From assembly GCA_036274295.1 (NCBI GenBank), contig DASUFZ010000341.1, forward strand, positions 2,857 through 66,856: a DNA stretch of 64,000 bases, read 5' to 3'. Shown here one piece after another: positions 27,615 through 37,389 of the stretch (position 1 is the first letter of the stretch; every line of letters begins with the position of its first letter). Under the pieces are notes generated by a model that saw only the letters and a program-made list of their open reading frames with translations, did no database searches and had not been told where the DNA came from. Position numbers and translations under genes: made by a program. This stretch comes from Myxococcota bacterium (lineage in GTDB: Bacteria > Myxococcota_A > UBA9160 > SMWR01).

Positions 27615-27752
27615 GCAGGGCTCCGGGCTCCGGAAAGGGAAAAGCCCGGAACCTTGCGGCACCGGGCTTCCCTGGGAAGGGGATATTGTGCTGTCGAGCA
27701 AGAAGTGGCGACGAACCCACCCCACGTGTCACGGGATCGCGAAGAGGGCCGC

Positions 27753-27775
27753 AAAAAAGCGCGTGGCCCCGCGGG
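27753..27775 (-). terminator. possible intrinsic terminator of the ECF sigma operon
   Basis: Minus strand just after the stop at 27778 reads CCCCGCGGGGCCACGCGC followed by TTTTTT (short CGCG/CGCG GC stem plus T6). Confidence 0.35.
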
Positions 27776-27777
27776 GT

Positions 27778-28254
27778 CTACTCCGGCTCCACCGGCTCGA
27801 GCGAGAGCACCAGCTTCCCGTCCTGGTAGGGCCCGGCGCTGAAGATCACGGTGTGGTTCGGCTTGGCTCGGACGTCCGCCTTCGAGGAGCCCTCGACGTC
27901 GACGGCCATGAGCACGCCGTCCTTGCCCTGGTGGAGCGGCCGGACGTGCGCCTTGCGCCCGTTCGGCAGGTCGATCGTGCGCACCTCGTCCACGCCGAGC
28001 TTGAGGCGTTTCTTCTGGATCACCTCGGCGCTGTCGTAGCGGATGCCCTGGCTGGAGAGCTTGTTCTCGAGGTCCTTCGCGCCGGGGTCGACGCCGCGCC
28101 CGTCGTTCGAGAGGCGCGTGACCATCATGCGCATCTGGATCGCCTTGCCCTTGCCCGGCGGCTTCGGCGGCGGATCGGCGGAGACCGACCCGGCGCAGAG
28201 GGCGAGCAGGCCGAGCGCCGCGGCGCAGGTCGCCGCCGCCTTATGCCACGTCAC
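27778..28254 (-). CDS. secreted or lipid-anchored hypothetical protein, third gene of the ECF sigma operon
   Basis: GTG 28254 preceded by AGGAGG plus 5 nt. Signal-like AAATCAAALGLLALCAGSVSA, then a Pro/Lys-rich linker and a ~110-aa domain. No family recognised. Confidence 0.55.
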   Translation of the reverse strand: MTWHKAAATCAAALGLLALCAGSVSADPPPKPPGKGKAIQMRMMVTRLSNDGRGVDPGAKDLENKLSSQGIRYDSAEVIQKKRLKLGVDEVRTIDLPNGRKAHVRPLHQGKDGVLMAVDVEGSSKADVRAKPNHTVIFSAGPYQDGKLVLSLEPVEPE

Positions 28255-28756
28255 TTCGACCTCCTGTCGATGCGCCCTCCGTCGCGCCATCGAGAACCCA
28301 GATGATCGTAGTCTCCGGGTCGTCGTCGAGCACCATCACGCTACGGCCCTCGCTGTCGATCCAGCGCAGCGTACCCCCGGCCGCGGGCGAACTGGCGAAG
28401 AAACCGCCATAGAAGACGGCCAGCACGGCGGCGGCCGTGGCCGCCGCGGCCCCGATCGGGGCCAGCCACCAGATGATCCCGCGCCCGCGACCGCCGGACG
28501 CCGCGCGCGCGCGCTCCTGCGCACGCGCGCCGGCAAGCCGCGGCCGCAGCGATTCCCACAGATCGGGCGCGCCGGCAGCGGTGTCGAGCGCCTGGAGCGC
28601 GCCACGCATGCCCCGCAGCGAGGCCAGCTGGCGCTGCAGTCCGGGTGAGCGGCGCAGCTCGCGCTCGAAGCGCCAGCGCGCCAGCGCCGAGAGCTCTCCA
28701 TCGTGGTAGGCGTGCAGCAGCTCGTCGTTCGATGCGCGCATCCCGTCTCCCGTCAT
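28241..28756 (-). CDS. anti-sigma factor (single-pass membrane)
   Basis: C-terminal part of ORF 28241..29086. MTGDGMRASNDELLHAYHDGELS (anti-sigma N-terminal helix pattern) and TM IIWWLAPIGAAAATAAAVLAVFY. ATGA overlap with the sigma gene stop. Confidence 0.65.
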   Translation of the reverse strand: MTGDGMRASNDELLHAYHDGELSALARWRFERELRRSPGLQRQLASLRGMRGALQALDTAAGAPDLWESLRPRLAGARAQERARAASGGRGRGIIWWLAPIGAAAATAAAVLAVFYGGFFASSPAAGGTLRWIDSEGRSVMVLDDDPETTIIWVLDGATEGASTGGRSDVA

Positions 28757-29394
28757 GCTGCCCCCCGACCGTCGCGCGTGTGCGACGCGTTGCCATTCCC
28801 CTCGACCGCCCCGGCTTCGACCAGCAGCTGCCGCACGCGTCGCCGCGCATGGTGCAGCCGGCTCATCACCGTGCCCTTCGGAATGCCGAGCGCCTCGGCG
28901 ATCTCGGCATAGGAGAGGCCGTCGACCTCGCGCAGGAGCAGGGTGCGGCGCGCCTCTTCCGGCAGCTGCTCGACCGCCTGGGCGAGCGCGACGCGCAGCT
29001 CGCCGCGGTCGAACTCGATGGCCGGACCGGAGTCCGGCGGCGTGTCGTCGGTCGGCGCGAGCCGCGCCGCCGTCTCGTCGTTCCACTCGACGTGGCGCGA
29101 GGAGCGGTCGCGGCGTTTCATGTCGATGCAGAGATTGAACACGAGTCGATACAACCAGGTGTAGAAGCCCGAGCGACCTTCGAAGCGCCCGAGCGAGCCG
29201 TATGCCTTGAGGAAGCCCTCCTGGACGGCGTCCCGCGCCAGGTCCGCATCCCCCAGCAGCCGCGCCGCCAGCCGGTAGGCCCGCCCCTGATAGCGCTCGA
29301 CGAGCACCCGGAACGCATCCTGGTCGCCGTCCCGGGAGCGCGTGACCGCCTCGGCATCCGAGAGGTCCGCTCCTGGACGAGCGGGGGAACGCAT
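28753..29394 (-). CDS. ECF-type RNA polymerase sigma-70 family factor
   Basis: Start at ATG 29394 with AGGAGA 7 nt upstream. Region 2 FRVLVERYQGRAYRLAARLLGD...DAVQEGFLKAY. Region 4 LREVDGLSYAEIAEALGIPKGTVMSRLHHAR. Confidence 0.9.
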   Translation of the reverse strand: MRSPARPGADLSDAEAVTRSRDGDQDAFRVLVERYQGRAYRLAARLLGDADLARDAVQEGFLKAYGSLGRFEGRSGFYTWLYRLVFNLCIDMKRRDRSSRHVEWNDETAARLAPTDDTPPDSGPAIEFDRGELRVALAQAVEQLPEEARRTLLLREVDGLSYAEIAEALGIPKGTVMSRLHHARRRVRQLLVEAGAVEGNGNASHTRDGRGAA

Positions 29395-29434
29395 CGCTCG
29401 CTCTCCTGAGCTGCCTGCCTTTTCTAGGGATTTC

Positions 29435-29459
29435 GACGCTTTACCCACGGCGTTGATTC
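29435..29459 (-). promoter_or_regulatory. candidate ECF-type autoregulated promoter
   Basis: Minus strand reads GAATC-N16-CGTC, about 40 nt upstream of the sigma gene ATG. Resembles the ECF -35 (G)GAAC/T and -10 CGTC pattern. Confidence 0.35.
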
Positions 29460-29472
29460 GACGGCTAACGGC

Positions 29473-32241
29473 CTAGACCGGGTGCGCCTCGCGCCAGTGA
29501 CGTCCGACGCCGACTTCCACCGCGAGCGGGACCCCGAGGGGCAGCACGTTCTCCATCTTCTCCTGCACCAGGCGGGTGACGACCGGCAACTCCGCGCGCG
29601 GCACCTCGAAGACGAGCTCGTCGTGCACCTGGAGGATCATGCGCGCGCCGAGCCCGGCGCTCTCGAGCGCGCGGTCGACCGCCACCATCGCCGCCTTGAT
29701 CAGGTCCGCCGCGGTGCCCTGGATGACGGTGTTGACCGCCATGCGCTCGGCCGCCTGGCGCAGGGTGCGGTTGCGCGAGCGCAGGTCCGGCAGGTGCCGA
29801 CGCCGGCCCATGTAGGTCGCGACGAAGCCGTCTTCCTGCGCGGCGGCGATGGTCTCGTCGATGAAGCGGCGCACGCCGCGGTAGCGCGCGAAATAGGTGT
29901 CGATGGTCTCCTGCGCCTCGCCGGTCGCGATGCCGAGCTGGTTGGCGAGACCGAAGGACGAGAGCCCGTAGATGATCCCGAAGTTCACCGCCTTGGCGCG
30001 CGCGCGCTGCTCCGCGCTGACCTGCTCCGGCGCGATGCCTCCCACCTCGGCCGCCGTGCGCCGGTGGATGTCCTCGCCCGCGCGGAACGACTCGATCAGG
30101 CTCGCGTCGCCGGAGTAGTGCGCGAGGATGCGCAGCTCGACCTGCGAGTAGTCCGCGGAGAGGAGCACCGAACCCTCGGCCGGCACGAAGGCCTCGCGGA
30201 TGCGCACGCCCTCCTCGCTGCGGATCGGGATGTTCTGCACGTTGGGGTTCGCGGCCGAGAGTCGTCCCGTCGCCGCGCCGAGCTGGTGGAACGTCGGGTG
30301 CAGGCGGCCCGTGTGCGAGTTCACGAGCGGCGGCAGCGCGTCGACGTAGGTGTTCTTCAGCTTCGCGAGGCGCCGGTAGGCGAGGATCTTCGCGGGCAGC
30401 TCGTGCTGCGACGCGAGCTGCTCGAGCACCGACTCGTCGGTCGAGTAGCCGGTCTTGGTCTTGCGCACCGCAGGCAGCTTCAGCTTCTCGAAGAGCACCT
30501 CCTGGAGCTGCTTCGGCGACGAGACCAGGAACTCGCCGCCCGCCAGCGCGTAGATCTCCTGGAGCGTGATGGCGAGCTGCGCGTCGTACTCCACCGAGAG
30601 CGCGCGCAGCCGCTCCTCGTCGATGCGCACGCCCTTGCGCTCCATGCGCGCGAGCACGCGGGTCAGCGGGATCTCCACCTCGTGGTAGAGCCGCACGAGG
30701 CCGTCGCGCTCGAGCGCCTCGGCGAGCGGCGCGGCCAGCTGCGCGACCGCGGCGACGCGCTCGGCGGCGAAGCGCGCGAGATCCTGCTGCGGCAGCGAGT
30801 CCGCCGGACGCGCCTTGGCGCCGCGGCCGGCCAGGTCCTCCCACGACGGCAGTCGCCGGCCGAGATGGCGCGCGACGAGGGTCGGCAGGTCGCGCGCGCC
30901 GGTCGCGTCGAGGAGGCCGGCCGCGAGCGCGACGTCGAAGACCGGCAGCGCGAGCTCGAGCCCGTGCTCGCCGAGCACGCCCTGCACGCGTTTCGTGTCC
31001 TCGGCCAGCCAGCCGAGCTTGCCCGGCGCCTCGAAGCTGGCGCGCAGCGCGTCGGCGGCGTCCTCGAGGCGGATCCGCTGCGGGTCGAACGAGACGTACG
31101 CCGCGCGCTTGCCGCCGAGCCCGAGCGCCATGCCGAGCGGACGCGCGTCGACGCAGCCCTCGTTCGCGCACACGAGCGCGAGCGGCACGGCGTCGCGCAC
31201 CGCGATCTGCGCCCCGAGCGCGGCGAGATCCGCGCGCGAGGCCAAGGCGACGACCTCCACGGGATCGCTCTCGGCGACGGGGGCCGGTGTCACCGACGCC
31301 GCAGCCGGCGCCGCGCCTGCCGCCGCCGACGCGAAGAGATCGCCCGTCTCGCCGGGCCGCGGCCCTGTCGGCGCCGGAGCCGTCTGCGTGAGCGACTCGA
31401 GCAGGCGCGTGAAGCCGAGCCGCGCGAAGAGCTCGCGCAGCCGCTCGCGATCGGGCTCGCGCAACGCGAATCGTTCCGGCTCGTCCTCCACCGGCGCGTC
31501 GAGCCGCAAGGTCGCGAGTTCGCGCGAGATGCGCGCCGCGTCGACGCCGGCCTCCAGCGCCGTGCGCGCGCGCGGCGGCGTCACCTCGGCGACGTGCGCG
31601 AGCAGGTTGTCGAGGTCGCCCCACTGCTCGAGCAGCTTCGCGGCGCCCTTCTCGCCGATTCCCTTCACGCCGGGGATGTTGTCGCTGGTGTCGCCGACGA
31701 GAGCGCGCAGGTCGAGCACGCGCTCCGGCGGGACGCCGAAGCGCTCGCGAACCTCCTCGGGGCCGAAGCGGCGGTCGCGGATGCCATCGAGCAGGGTCAC
31801 GCGCGGGCTCACGAGCTGCATGAGATCGCGATCGGTCGAGACGACCGAGATGCGGGCGTTCTCCGGCGCGCGTGCCACCAGGGTCGCGATCACGTCGTCG
31901 GCCTCGAAGCCCGGCACCTCGAGGATCGGGATGCGGTAGGCGTCGATCAGCTCGCGCACGAGCGGGATCTGGCTCGAGAGATCCTCCGGCTGCGCCTCGC
32001 GCCCCGCTTTGTACTCGGCGTAACGCTCGTGGCGGAACGTGCGCCCGCGCGCGTCGAAGACCACGACGACCTGATCGGGCCGCTCCTCGCGCACGAGCTT
32101 GTTGATCATGTTGACGAAGCCGAGCGCGGCGTTGGTCGGCGTGCCGTCGGGCGAGCGCAGCGGCGGCAGGGCGAAGAACGCGCGGTAGAGCGTGTTCGCG
32201 CCGTCGATGAGGAGGATGCGCGGGGAGGCTTCTGCCGGCAC
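29473..32241 (-). CDS. polA: DNA polymerase I
   Basis: 922 aa. 5' nuclease N-terminus (LIDGANTLYRAFFA), 3'-5' exonuclease-like middle, and polymerase motifs DYSQVELRILAH, RRHAKAVNFGIIYG-like and QVHDELVFE. Confidence 0.95.
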   Translation of the reverse strand: MPAEASPRILLIDGANTLYRAFFALPPLRSPDGTPTNAALGFVNMINKLVREERPDQVVVVFDARGRTFRHERYAEYKAGREAQPEDLSSQIPLVRELIDAYRIPILEVPGFEADDVIATLVARAPENARISVVSTDRDLMQLVSPRVTLLDGIRDRRFGPEEVRERFGVPPERVLDLRALVGDTSDNIPGVKGIGEKGAAKLLEQWGDLDNLLAHVAEVTPPRARTALEAGVDAARISRELATLRLDAPVEDEPERFALREPDRERLRELFARLGFTRLLESLTQTAPAPTGPRPGETGDLFASAAAGAAPAAASVTPAPVAESDPVEVVALASRADLAALGAQIAVRDAVPLALVCANEGCVDARPLGMALGLGGKRAAYVSFDPQRIRLEDAADALRASFEAPGKLGWLAEDTKRVQGVLGEHGLELALPVFDVALAAGLLDATGARDLPTLVARHLGRRLPSWEDLAGRGAKARPADSLPQQDLARFAAERVAAVAQLAAPLAEALERDGLVRLYHEVEIPLTRVLARMERKGVRIDEERLRALSVEYDAQLAITLQEIYALAGGEFLVSSPKQLQEVLFEKLKLPAVRKTKTGYSTDESVLEQLASQHELPAKILAYRRLAKLKNTYVDALPPLVNSHTGRLHPTFHQLGAATGRLSAANPNVQNIPIRSEEGVRIREAFVPAEGSVLLSADYSQVELRILAHYSGDASLIESFRAGEDIHRRTAAEVGGIAPEQVSAEQRARAKAVNFGIIYGLSSFGLANQLGIATGEAQETIDTYFARYRGVRRFIDETIAAAQEDGFVATYMGRRRHLPDLRSRNRTLRQAAERMAVNTVIQGTAADLIKAAMVAVDRALESAGLGARMILQVHDELVFEVPRAELPVVTRLVQEKMENVLPLGVPLAVEVGVGRHWREAHPV

Positions 32242-32258
32242 GGGGTTCAGCGTACGCG

Positions 32259-32591
32259 ATGGCGCGAGGCCGCGGCGACCCTGCGGATCGCCGCGCGCGC
32301 ATCTATGCTGGCGCCGTGCAGGGCCCGCCGCGCCGACCCGCGACCTTCCGCCCGCGCGCCTCGCTCGCGCTCTTCTACTTCTTCGGCTTCTTCTTCCTGT
32401 TCAGCTTCCTGCTGGCGGCTCCGGCGCTCTGGCGCGGATTCCAGGCGGTCAGCGCCGACGCGTCGCAGTGGGAGGCGGCGCAGACGGCGGTCCAGCACGC
32501 GATCGCCCCGCGCCTCTGGATCGCGCTCGTCGCGGCCGCCGCGGCCACCCTGATCGGGGGCCGCACGGGTGTGCTGCCGGGATCGCGCTAG
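32259..32591 (+). CDS. small Phe-rich two-TM membrane protein (hypothetical)
   Basis: Listed ORF of 110 aa. The likelier start is GTG 32316, because 32259 lies only 17 nt from the divergent polA start. TM1 LALFYFFGFFFLFSFLLAAPAL, TM2 LWIALVAAAAATLIGG. Confidence 0.4.
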   Translation: MARGRGDPADRRARIYAGAVQGPPRRPATFRPRASLALFYFFGFFFLFSFLLAAPALWRGFQAVSADASQWEAAQTAVQHAIAPRLWIALVAAAAATLIGGRTGVLPGSR

Positions 32592-32827
32592 GCGACCGCG
32601 CGCGTCACGTAGCGTTCGACGTCCGCGACGGTGCGCAGCTCTTCGACGTCCTGATCCGGCACTTCGATGTCGAAGGCCTCTTCGATCGACATCACCATCT
32701 CGACGACGTCGAGCGAGTCCGCTCCGAGGTCGTCCAGGATGCGCGCGTCGGGCGTCACCTCGGCGAGGTCCACGCCGAGCTGCTCCGCCACGATGTTGCG
32801 AACCTTGATCTCCAACGAGTCGCCCAT
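32588..32827 (-). CDS. acyl carrier protein (stand-alone)
   Basis: Start at ATG 32827 (MGDSLEIKVRNIVAEQLGV) with GGAGG 8 nt upstream. Phosphopantetheine site LGADSLDVVEMVM. 79 aa. Confidence 0.85.
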   Translation of the reverse strand: MGDSLEIKVRNIVAEQLGVDLAEVTPDARILDDLGADSLDVVEMVMSIEEAFDIEVPDQDVEELRTVADVERYVTRAVA

Positions 32828-32902
32828 CTCGCTCGCCTCCCCCACAGACGATGACCGGAAGTCATCGGAGCCATCGCAGGATTCCCGATGGATCCGGGGG
32901 TG

Positions 32903-33559
32903 TCAACCGCGTCCGCGCGGCTCGAGACCGCGCAGCACCAGGTCGACCGCGTCGTTGAACGTGTCCTCGAGCGGGCGGCGCCGCAGCTTGCGCCGCGCGG
33001 CGCTCGTCTGCGTCTGGATCAGCCCGTTGGCGACCGTCCAGAGGATGTCGGCGACCTCCCAGGCGTCGCAGGGTGCGAAATGCCCCTCCGCGACGCCGCG
33101 CTCGACGATCTCCGCGAGCATGCCGACGCACTTCTCCCACAGGCGCGTCACCTCGGCGATCACGCCGGCCGGCAGCTCGCCGATCACGGGCTGGTTCTCG
33201 ATCGCCCAGAAGATCTGGAAGTAGTCCGGGTTGCGCATCCAGTGCGCGAAGTAGAAGCGGCCGAGACGGCGGATCAGCTCCGGCGGCGCACACCCCGGCG
33301 TGTCGACCGTCTCGCGCATGCGCCGCTCGAAGATCTCGCCGTTGTCGGCGAGCACCGCGACGTAGAGCTCGGCCTTGGAGTCGAAGTAGCGGTAGAGCGT
33401 GCCCTTGGCGACGCCTGCGCGGCTCGCGACCTCGTCGAGGTTCGCCTCCATGAAGCCGTCGCGGAAGAAGACGTCGCGTGCGGAATCGATGATGCGGCGG
33501 CGGGACTCCGCCTTGCGCTCGAGGCGCCGCTCCCGCGCGCTCTCGTCGCCGTCGCTCAC
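32903..33559 (-). CDS. TetR/AcrR-family transcriptional regulator
   Basis: 218 aa. N-terminal [47 protein letters not shown] overlap with the cysK stop. Confidence 0.9.
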   Translation of the reverse strand: MSDGDESARERRLERKAESRRRIIDSARDVFFRDGFMEANLDEVASRAGVAKGTLYRYFDSKAELYVAVLADNGEIFERRMRETVDTPGCAPPELIRRLGRFYFAHWMRNPDYFQIFWAIENQPVIGELPAGVIAEVTRLWEKCVGMLAEIVERGVAEGHFAPCDAWEVADILWTVANGLIQTQTSAARRKLRRRPLEDTFNDAVDLVLRGLEPRGRG

Positions 33560-34512
33560 GCGATCTCGTCACTGCCCTCGTAGCGATAGGGCTCGAAGAG
33601 CATCGTCTGGATGTAGCGTTCGCCGAAGCTCGGGATGATGATGACGATCAGCGAGAGATCGCGGCCTTCGCCCTTCGCGTACTGGATGGCCGCGGAGACC
33701 GCTGCGCCCGACGAGATGCCGCACAGCAGCCCTTCCTCCTGCGCGAGCCGCCGCGCCATGGTGAAGGCGTCGTCGTTGTTGACGGTGACGACCTGGTCGA
33801 CGAGCGACATGTCCATCACCTCGGGCACGAAGCCCGCGCCGATGCCCTGGATCGGATGCAGCCCGGGCGGGCCGCCCGAGAGCACCGGCGAGGCCGCCGG
33901 CTCGACCGCGATCACCTTGAACGAGGGCTTCCGCTTCTTCAGCACCTGCGCGACGCCGGTGATGGTGCCGCCCGTGCCGACGCCGCCGACGAGCGCGTCG
34001 ACCCTGCCGTCGGTGTCGCTCCAGATCTCCTCCGCCGTCGTGCGCCGGTGGATCTCCGGGTTGGCGGGGTTGCGAAACTGCTGCGGGATGAACGAATCGG
34101 GCAAGGACGCGGCGATCTCGTTGGCCTTCTCGATCGCGCCCGGCATGCCCTTCGAGCGATCGGTCAGCACGAGCTTTGCGCCGAACGCGCGCAGCACCGC
34201 GCGTCGCTCCGGGCTCATCGACTCGGGCATGGTGAGGATGCAGCGGTAGCCCTTCACCGCCGCCACGAAGGCGAGCGCGATGCCGGTGTTGCCGCTGGTC
34301 GGCTCGACGATCACGCTGCGGCCGGGCTTGATCAGGCCGTCGCGCTCGGCGGCCTCGATCATCGCGAAGCCGATGCGGTCCTTGACGCTGCCGGCCGGGT
34401 TCTGGCTCTCGAGCTTCGCGACCAGCTCGGGCTTGCAGCCCTGCGACACGCGATTGAGCCGCACGAGCGGCGTGTTGCCGATGAGCTCCGTGGCATCGCG
34501 CGCGATCTTCAT
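33556..34512 (-). CDS. cysK: cysteine synthase (O-acetylserine sulfhydrylase)
   Basis: C-terminal 319 codons of ORF 33556..35091. [12 protein letters not shown] lysine motif [18 protein letters not shown] and [14 protein letters not shown] upstream of the ATG at 34512. Confidence 0.88.
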   Translation of the reverse strand: MKIARDATELIGNTPLVRLNRVSQGCKPELVAKLESQNPAGSVKDRIGFAMIEAAERDGLIKPGRSVIVEPTSGNTGIALAFVAAVKGYRCILTMPESMSPERRAVLRAFGAKLVLTDRSKGMPGAIEKANEIAASLPDSFIPQQFRNPANPEIHRRTTAEEIWSDTDGRVDALVGGVGTGGTITGVAQVLKKRKPSFKVIAVEPAASPVLSGGPPGLHPIQGIGAGFVPEVMDMSLVDQVVTVNNDDAFTMARRLAQEEGLLCGISSGAAVSAAIQYAKGEGRDLSLIVIIIPSFGERYIQTMLFEPYRYEGSDEIA

Positions 34513-34558
34513 CGAGGCCTCCCGCGTGGGCTCCAGCATACCGCGGCTCGCGCCCCTG

Positions 34559-35548
34559 TCAGTCGCGCACGTCGCACGCGCCGACAAGCTCCTCGACGAG
34601 CACGCTCGCATAGCTTCCGGGCGGCAAGCCGAAGGCGAGGCGCAGCACGCCAGCCTCCTCGAAATCGAGGCGCGCATCCTCCGGGCGCGCGCGCAGCGCG
34701 CGGCGCGCGCCGCGCAGGCGCACGCCAGCGGGCAGGCGCAGCGACGCCAGGTCGATGCCGTGGGCGGCGAGCACTGCGCGCTCGCGCAGCGCCACCTCGC
34801 CGCCCGGCTCGCTCGTGCGCGTGCCGAAGATCGGACCGGTGGCACTGATCTCGAAGGCGGCCGCGCGCGGCGCCTCGCGCTCCGGATCCTCGACGAGGAA
34901 GACGCCGCCCGAGTCGTGACGCATCGCGAGGTCGCCTCGCTCGACCTCGTCGAGCGGCGCGCCGCGCGCCGCGAGCGCCGCGTCGAACACGCGCGCCTGC
35001 AGCGCGGAGAGCAGGAAGCGCGCGTCGCGGCGCGGCATGCGGGGCGATCCGCCCGCGCAGAGCTCGCGCGCGCGCTCGGCGTTGTCGCCATCGCGCCCGT
35101 AGCGCTGCGGCCCGTAGCGGTTCGGGAAGCCGCGCGCCGCGATGCGCGCGAGGCGCTCGCGCGCGAGGTCGGCGATCTCGGGCGTCGCGCCGCGCACGGC
35201 GATCTCGAAGCGGTTCCCGCGCAGATGTCCGGTGCGGAGCTTGTGCGGATGGCGCCCCGCCTCGAGCACGCGCGCGCCGCGCAGCAGGAGCGCGGCGGCG
35301 AGCGTCGGATCGAGCCCCGGCACGGAGAACCACTGCGTCGTCACGGCGACGCGGTCCTTGCGGCCGGCGTAGCCGACGTCGCCGGGGCGCACGCCCGCGG
35401 CGCGCGCGAGCTCGCGCGCGATCTCCTCCGTGGTGCGCAGTCGCTTCTCCACGCGCACGAAGGTGTGCTCGCCGGCCCCGCTCGGCAGATACGCCGGGAT
35501 CTCCTCGACGCGGAAGTCCTCGGGCGTCTCGCGCAGCCGCAGGCTCAC
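34559..35548 (-). CDS. truD: tRNA pseudouridine(13) synthase
   Basis: C-terminal 330 codons of ORF 34559..36295. [10 protein letters not shown], the catalytic-Asp context [14 protein letters not shown], and [15 protein letters not shown] overlap with the rnhB stop. Confidence 0.85.
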   Translation of the reverse strand: MSLRLRETPEDFRVEEIPAYLPSGAGEHTFVRVEKRLRTTEEIARELARAAGVRPGDVGYAGRKDRVAVTTQWFSVPGLDPTLAAALLLRGARVLEAGRHPHKLRTGHLRGNRFEIAVRGATPEIADLARERLARIAARGFPNRYGPQRYGRDGDNAERARELCAGGSPRMPRRDARFLLSALQARVFDAALAARGAPLDEVERGDLAMRHDSGGVFLVEDPEREAPRAAAFEISATGPIFGTRTSEPGGEVALRERAVLAAHGIDLASLRLPAGVRLRGARRALRARPEDARLDFEEAGVLRLAFGLPPGSYASVLVEELVGACDVRD

Positions 35549-36351
35549 GTGAACAGCTGGAGCTGCGCGACGGGCGCGAACGAGCGCCGATGCATCTCGC
35601 AGGGGCCGAGCGCGGCGAGGGCGCGCCGGTGCTCGCGCGTGCAGTAGCCCATGTGGCGCGCGAAGCCGTAGCCCGGATAGCGCTCGTCGAGCTGACGCAT
35701 CCGCGCGTCGCGGTGGACCTTTGCGACGATCGAGGCCGCCGCGATCGAGCCGTCGCGCGCGTCGCCCTTCGGCAGCGACGTGTGCGGCACGTCGAGGCCC
35801 GCGAGCCGGTGCGCGTCCACGAGCACGTGATCGGGGCGGAGCGCGAGTCCTTCGAGCGCCGTGCGCATCGCCAGCCAGGAGGCGCGCAGCACGTCGATGC
35901 GGTCGACCTCGTCCGGCGGGATCTCCGCGACGGCGACGCACAAGGCCTGCCGGCGAATCTCGCCGTCGAGGCGCTCGCGCGAGGCCGGCGTCAGGCGCTT
36001 CGAATCGTCGAGGCCCGGCAGGAAGACCTTCGGCGGCAGGATCACCGCGGCGGCGACGAGCGGACCCGCCATGGGCCCCACGCCCACCTCGTCGACGCCG
36101 GCCACGTAGCGGCAGCCCGCGCGGAAGAGGCCGCGCCGCAGCTTGAACAGGCGCGCCAGTCGGCGCAGCTCCGCGATGCGCGCCACGCGGCGCCGCTCGA
36201 GCTCGCTCGCGAGCGCGCGCGCGCCCCGTCGCGCGTCGCGCCGCAGCGCGCGCAGCCAGCGGAGCTCCTGCCGCGGCGCGAGCCCCGCGACGCACACGCG
36301 CAGCTCCTCGAGCGAGCGCTCACCGACGTCGCCCGCGCGCGGCCGGCTCAT
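35545..36351 (-). CDS. rnhB: ribonuclease HII
   Basis: C-terminal 269 codons of ORF 35545..36876. VAGVDEVGVGPMAGPLVAAAV, DDSKRL and ASIVAKVHRD. The ATG at 36351 shares one nt with the lpxD stop. Confidence 0.85.
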   Translation of the reverse strand: MSRPRAGDVGERSLEELRVCVAGLAPRQELRWLRALRRDARRGARALASELERRRVARIAELRRLARLFKLRRGLFRAGCRYVAGVDEVGVGPMAGPLVAAAVILPPKVFLPGLDDSKRLTPASRERLDGEIRRQALCVAVAEIPPDEVDRIDVLRASWLAMRTALEGLALRPDHVLVDAHRLAGLDVPHTSLPKGDARDGSIAAASIVAKVHRDARMRQLDERYPGYGFARHMGYCTREHRRALAALGPCEMHRRSFAPVAQLQLFT

Positions 36352-37388
36352 CAAGCGTCGCCACGCCCGCCGAAGATGCGGCGTTCGAGCACGCGCACGC
36401 GCCGCAACAGCTCCGGCAGGCGCCCGAGCGCGGCGACCTCGCGGTGGTAGCGGAGCTCCGCGCGCTGCGGCGAGCCGAGCACGCGTCCGCCGGCGGGGAC
36501 GTCCTTGTGCACGCCGCACTGCGGGCCGACGAGCGCGCGCGCCCCGATCTCGAGGTGCCCCGCCACGCCCGCCTGCGCGAGGATCACGCTGTCGTCCCCC
36601 ACCGTCGTGCTGCCCGCCAGCCCGGCCTGCGCGACGATCACGACCCGCTCGCCGATGCGGCAGTTGTGCCCGATCTGGACGAGGTTGTCGATCTTCGTGC
36701 CGCGCCCGATGCGGGTATCGCCGAGCGTACCGCGATCGACGGTCGAGTTGGCGCCGATCTCGACGTCGTCCTCGACGACGACCCTTCCGACGTGGTGCGC
36801 GCGCTCGAGGCCGCCGCCCTGCGCGCCGACGTAGCCGAAGCCCTCGCCGCCGATCACGACGCCCGGGTGAAGCCACACGCGCTCGCCGAGCACGGACGCG
36901 GCCGCGATCACGCAGCGCGCGTGGAGCACGCAGTCGGCGCCGATGACGACGCCCGGATACAGGATCACGCCGGCGTGAAGCACGCTTCGCGCGCCGACGG
37001 ACGCGCCCGCGCCGACCGCGCAGCCCGGGCCGATCGACGCGGAGGGATCGATCTGCGCGCCCGGCGCGACGACCGCGCTCGCATGGACGCCCGGCGGCGG
37101 CGCCGGCTCGGGCACGAGCAGCTTCGCCGCGCGGTAGAAGTCGCGGCTCGGGTCGTCGGAGCGCAGCGCCGGCCGGCCGCCGACGTCGATGCCGCGCAGC
37201 GCCACCACGGCGCCGGCACGCGAGGCGGGGAGCTTCTCGGCGTAGGCCGGCGAGCGCACGAAGGAGAGATCGGACGCGCCGGCCACGTCGAGCGGCGCGA
37301 CGCCATCGATCCAGACGCCTGCGTCGCCCTCGACGCCGAGGCCCAACGCATCCGCCAGATCCGAGAGGCGGATCCGCGGCGGCGCCAC
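36351..37388 (-). CDS. lpxD: UDP-3-O-(3-hydroxyacyl)glucosamine N-acyltransferase
   Basis: 345 aa. N-terminal LpxD domain (IRLSDLADALG), then left-handed beta-helix hexapeptide repeats. Confidence 0.9.
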   Translation of the reverse strand: MAPPRIRLSDLADALGLGVEGDAGVWIDGVAPLDVAGASDLSFVRSPAYAEKLPASRAGAVVALRGIDVGGRPALRSDDPSRDFYRAAKLLVPEPAPPPGVHASAVVAPGAQIDPSASIGPGCAVGAGASVGARSVLHAGVILYPGVVIGADCVLHARCVIAAASVLGERVWLHPGVVIGGEGFGYVGAQGGGLERAHHVGRVVVEDDVEIGANSTVDRGTLGDTRIGRGTKIDNLVQIGHNCRIGERVVIVAQAGLAGSTTVGDDSVILAQAGVAGHLEIGARALVGPQCGVHKDVPAGGRVLGSPQRAELRYHREVAALGRLPELLRRVRVLERRIFGGRGDA

Positions 37389-37389
37389 G

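Noticed and set aside
27688-28305. 205-aa plus-strand ORF starting in the EgtD/ECF-operon gap
   Set aside because: Most of it is antisense to the secreted-protein gene, it has no SD, and its translation has shadow-ORF composition.
32259-32315. ATG 32259 as the start of the small Phe-rich membrane protein
   Set aside because: It lies only 17 nt from the divergent polA start codon and encodes an Arg-rich leader. The in-frame GTG at 32316 is more plausible, though unproven.
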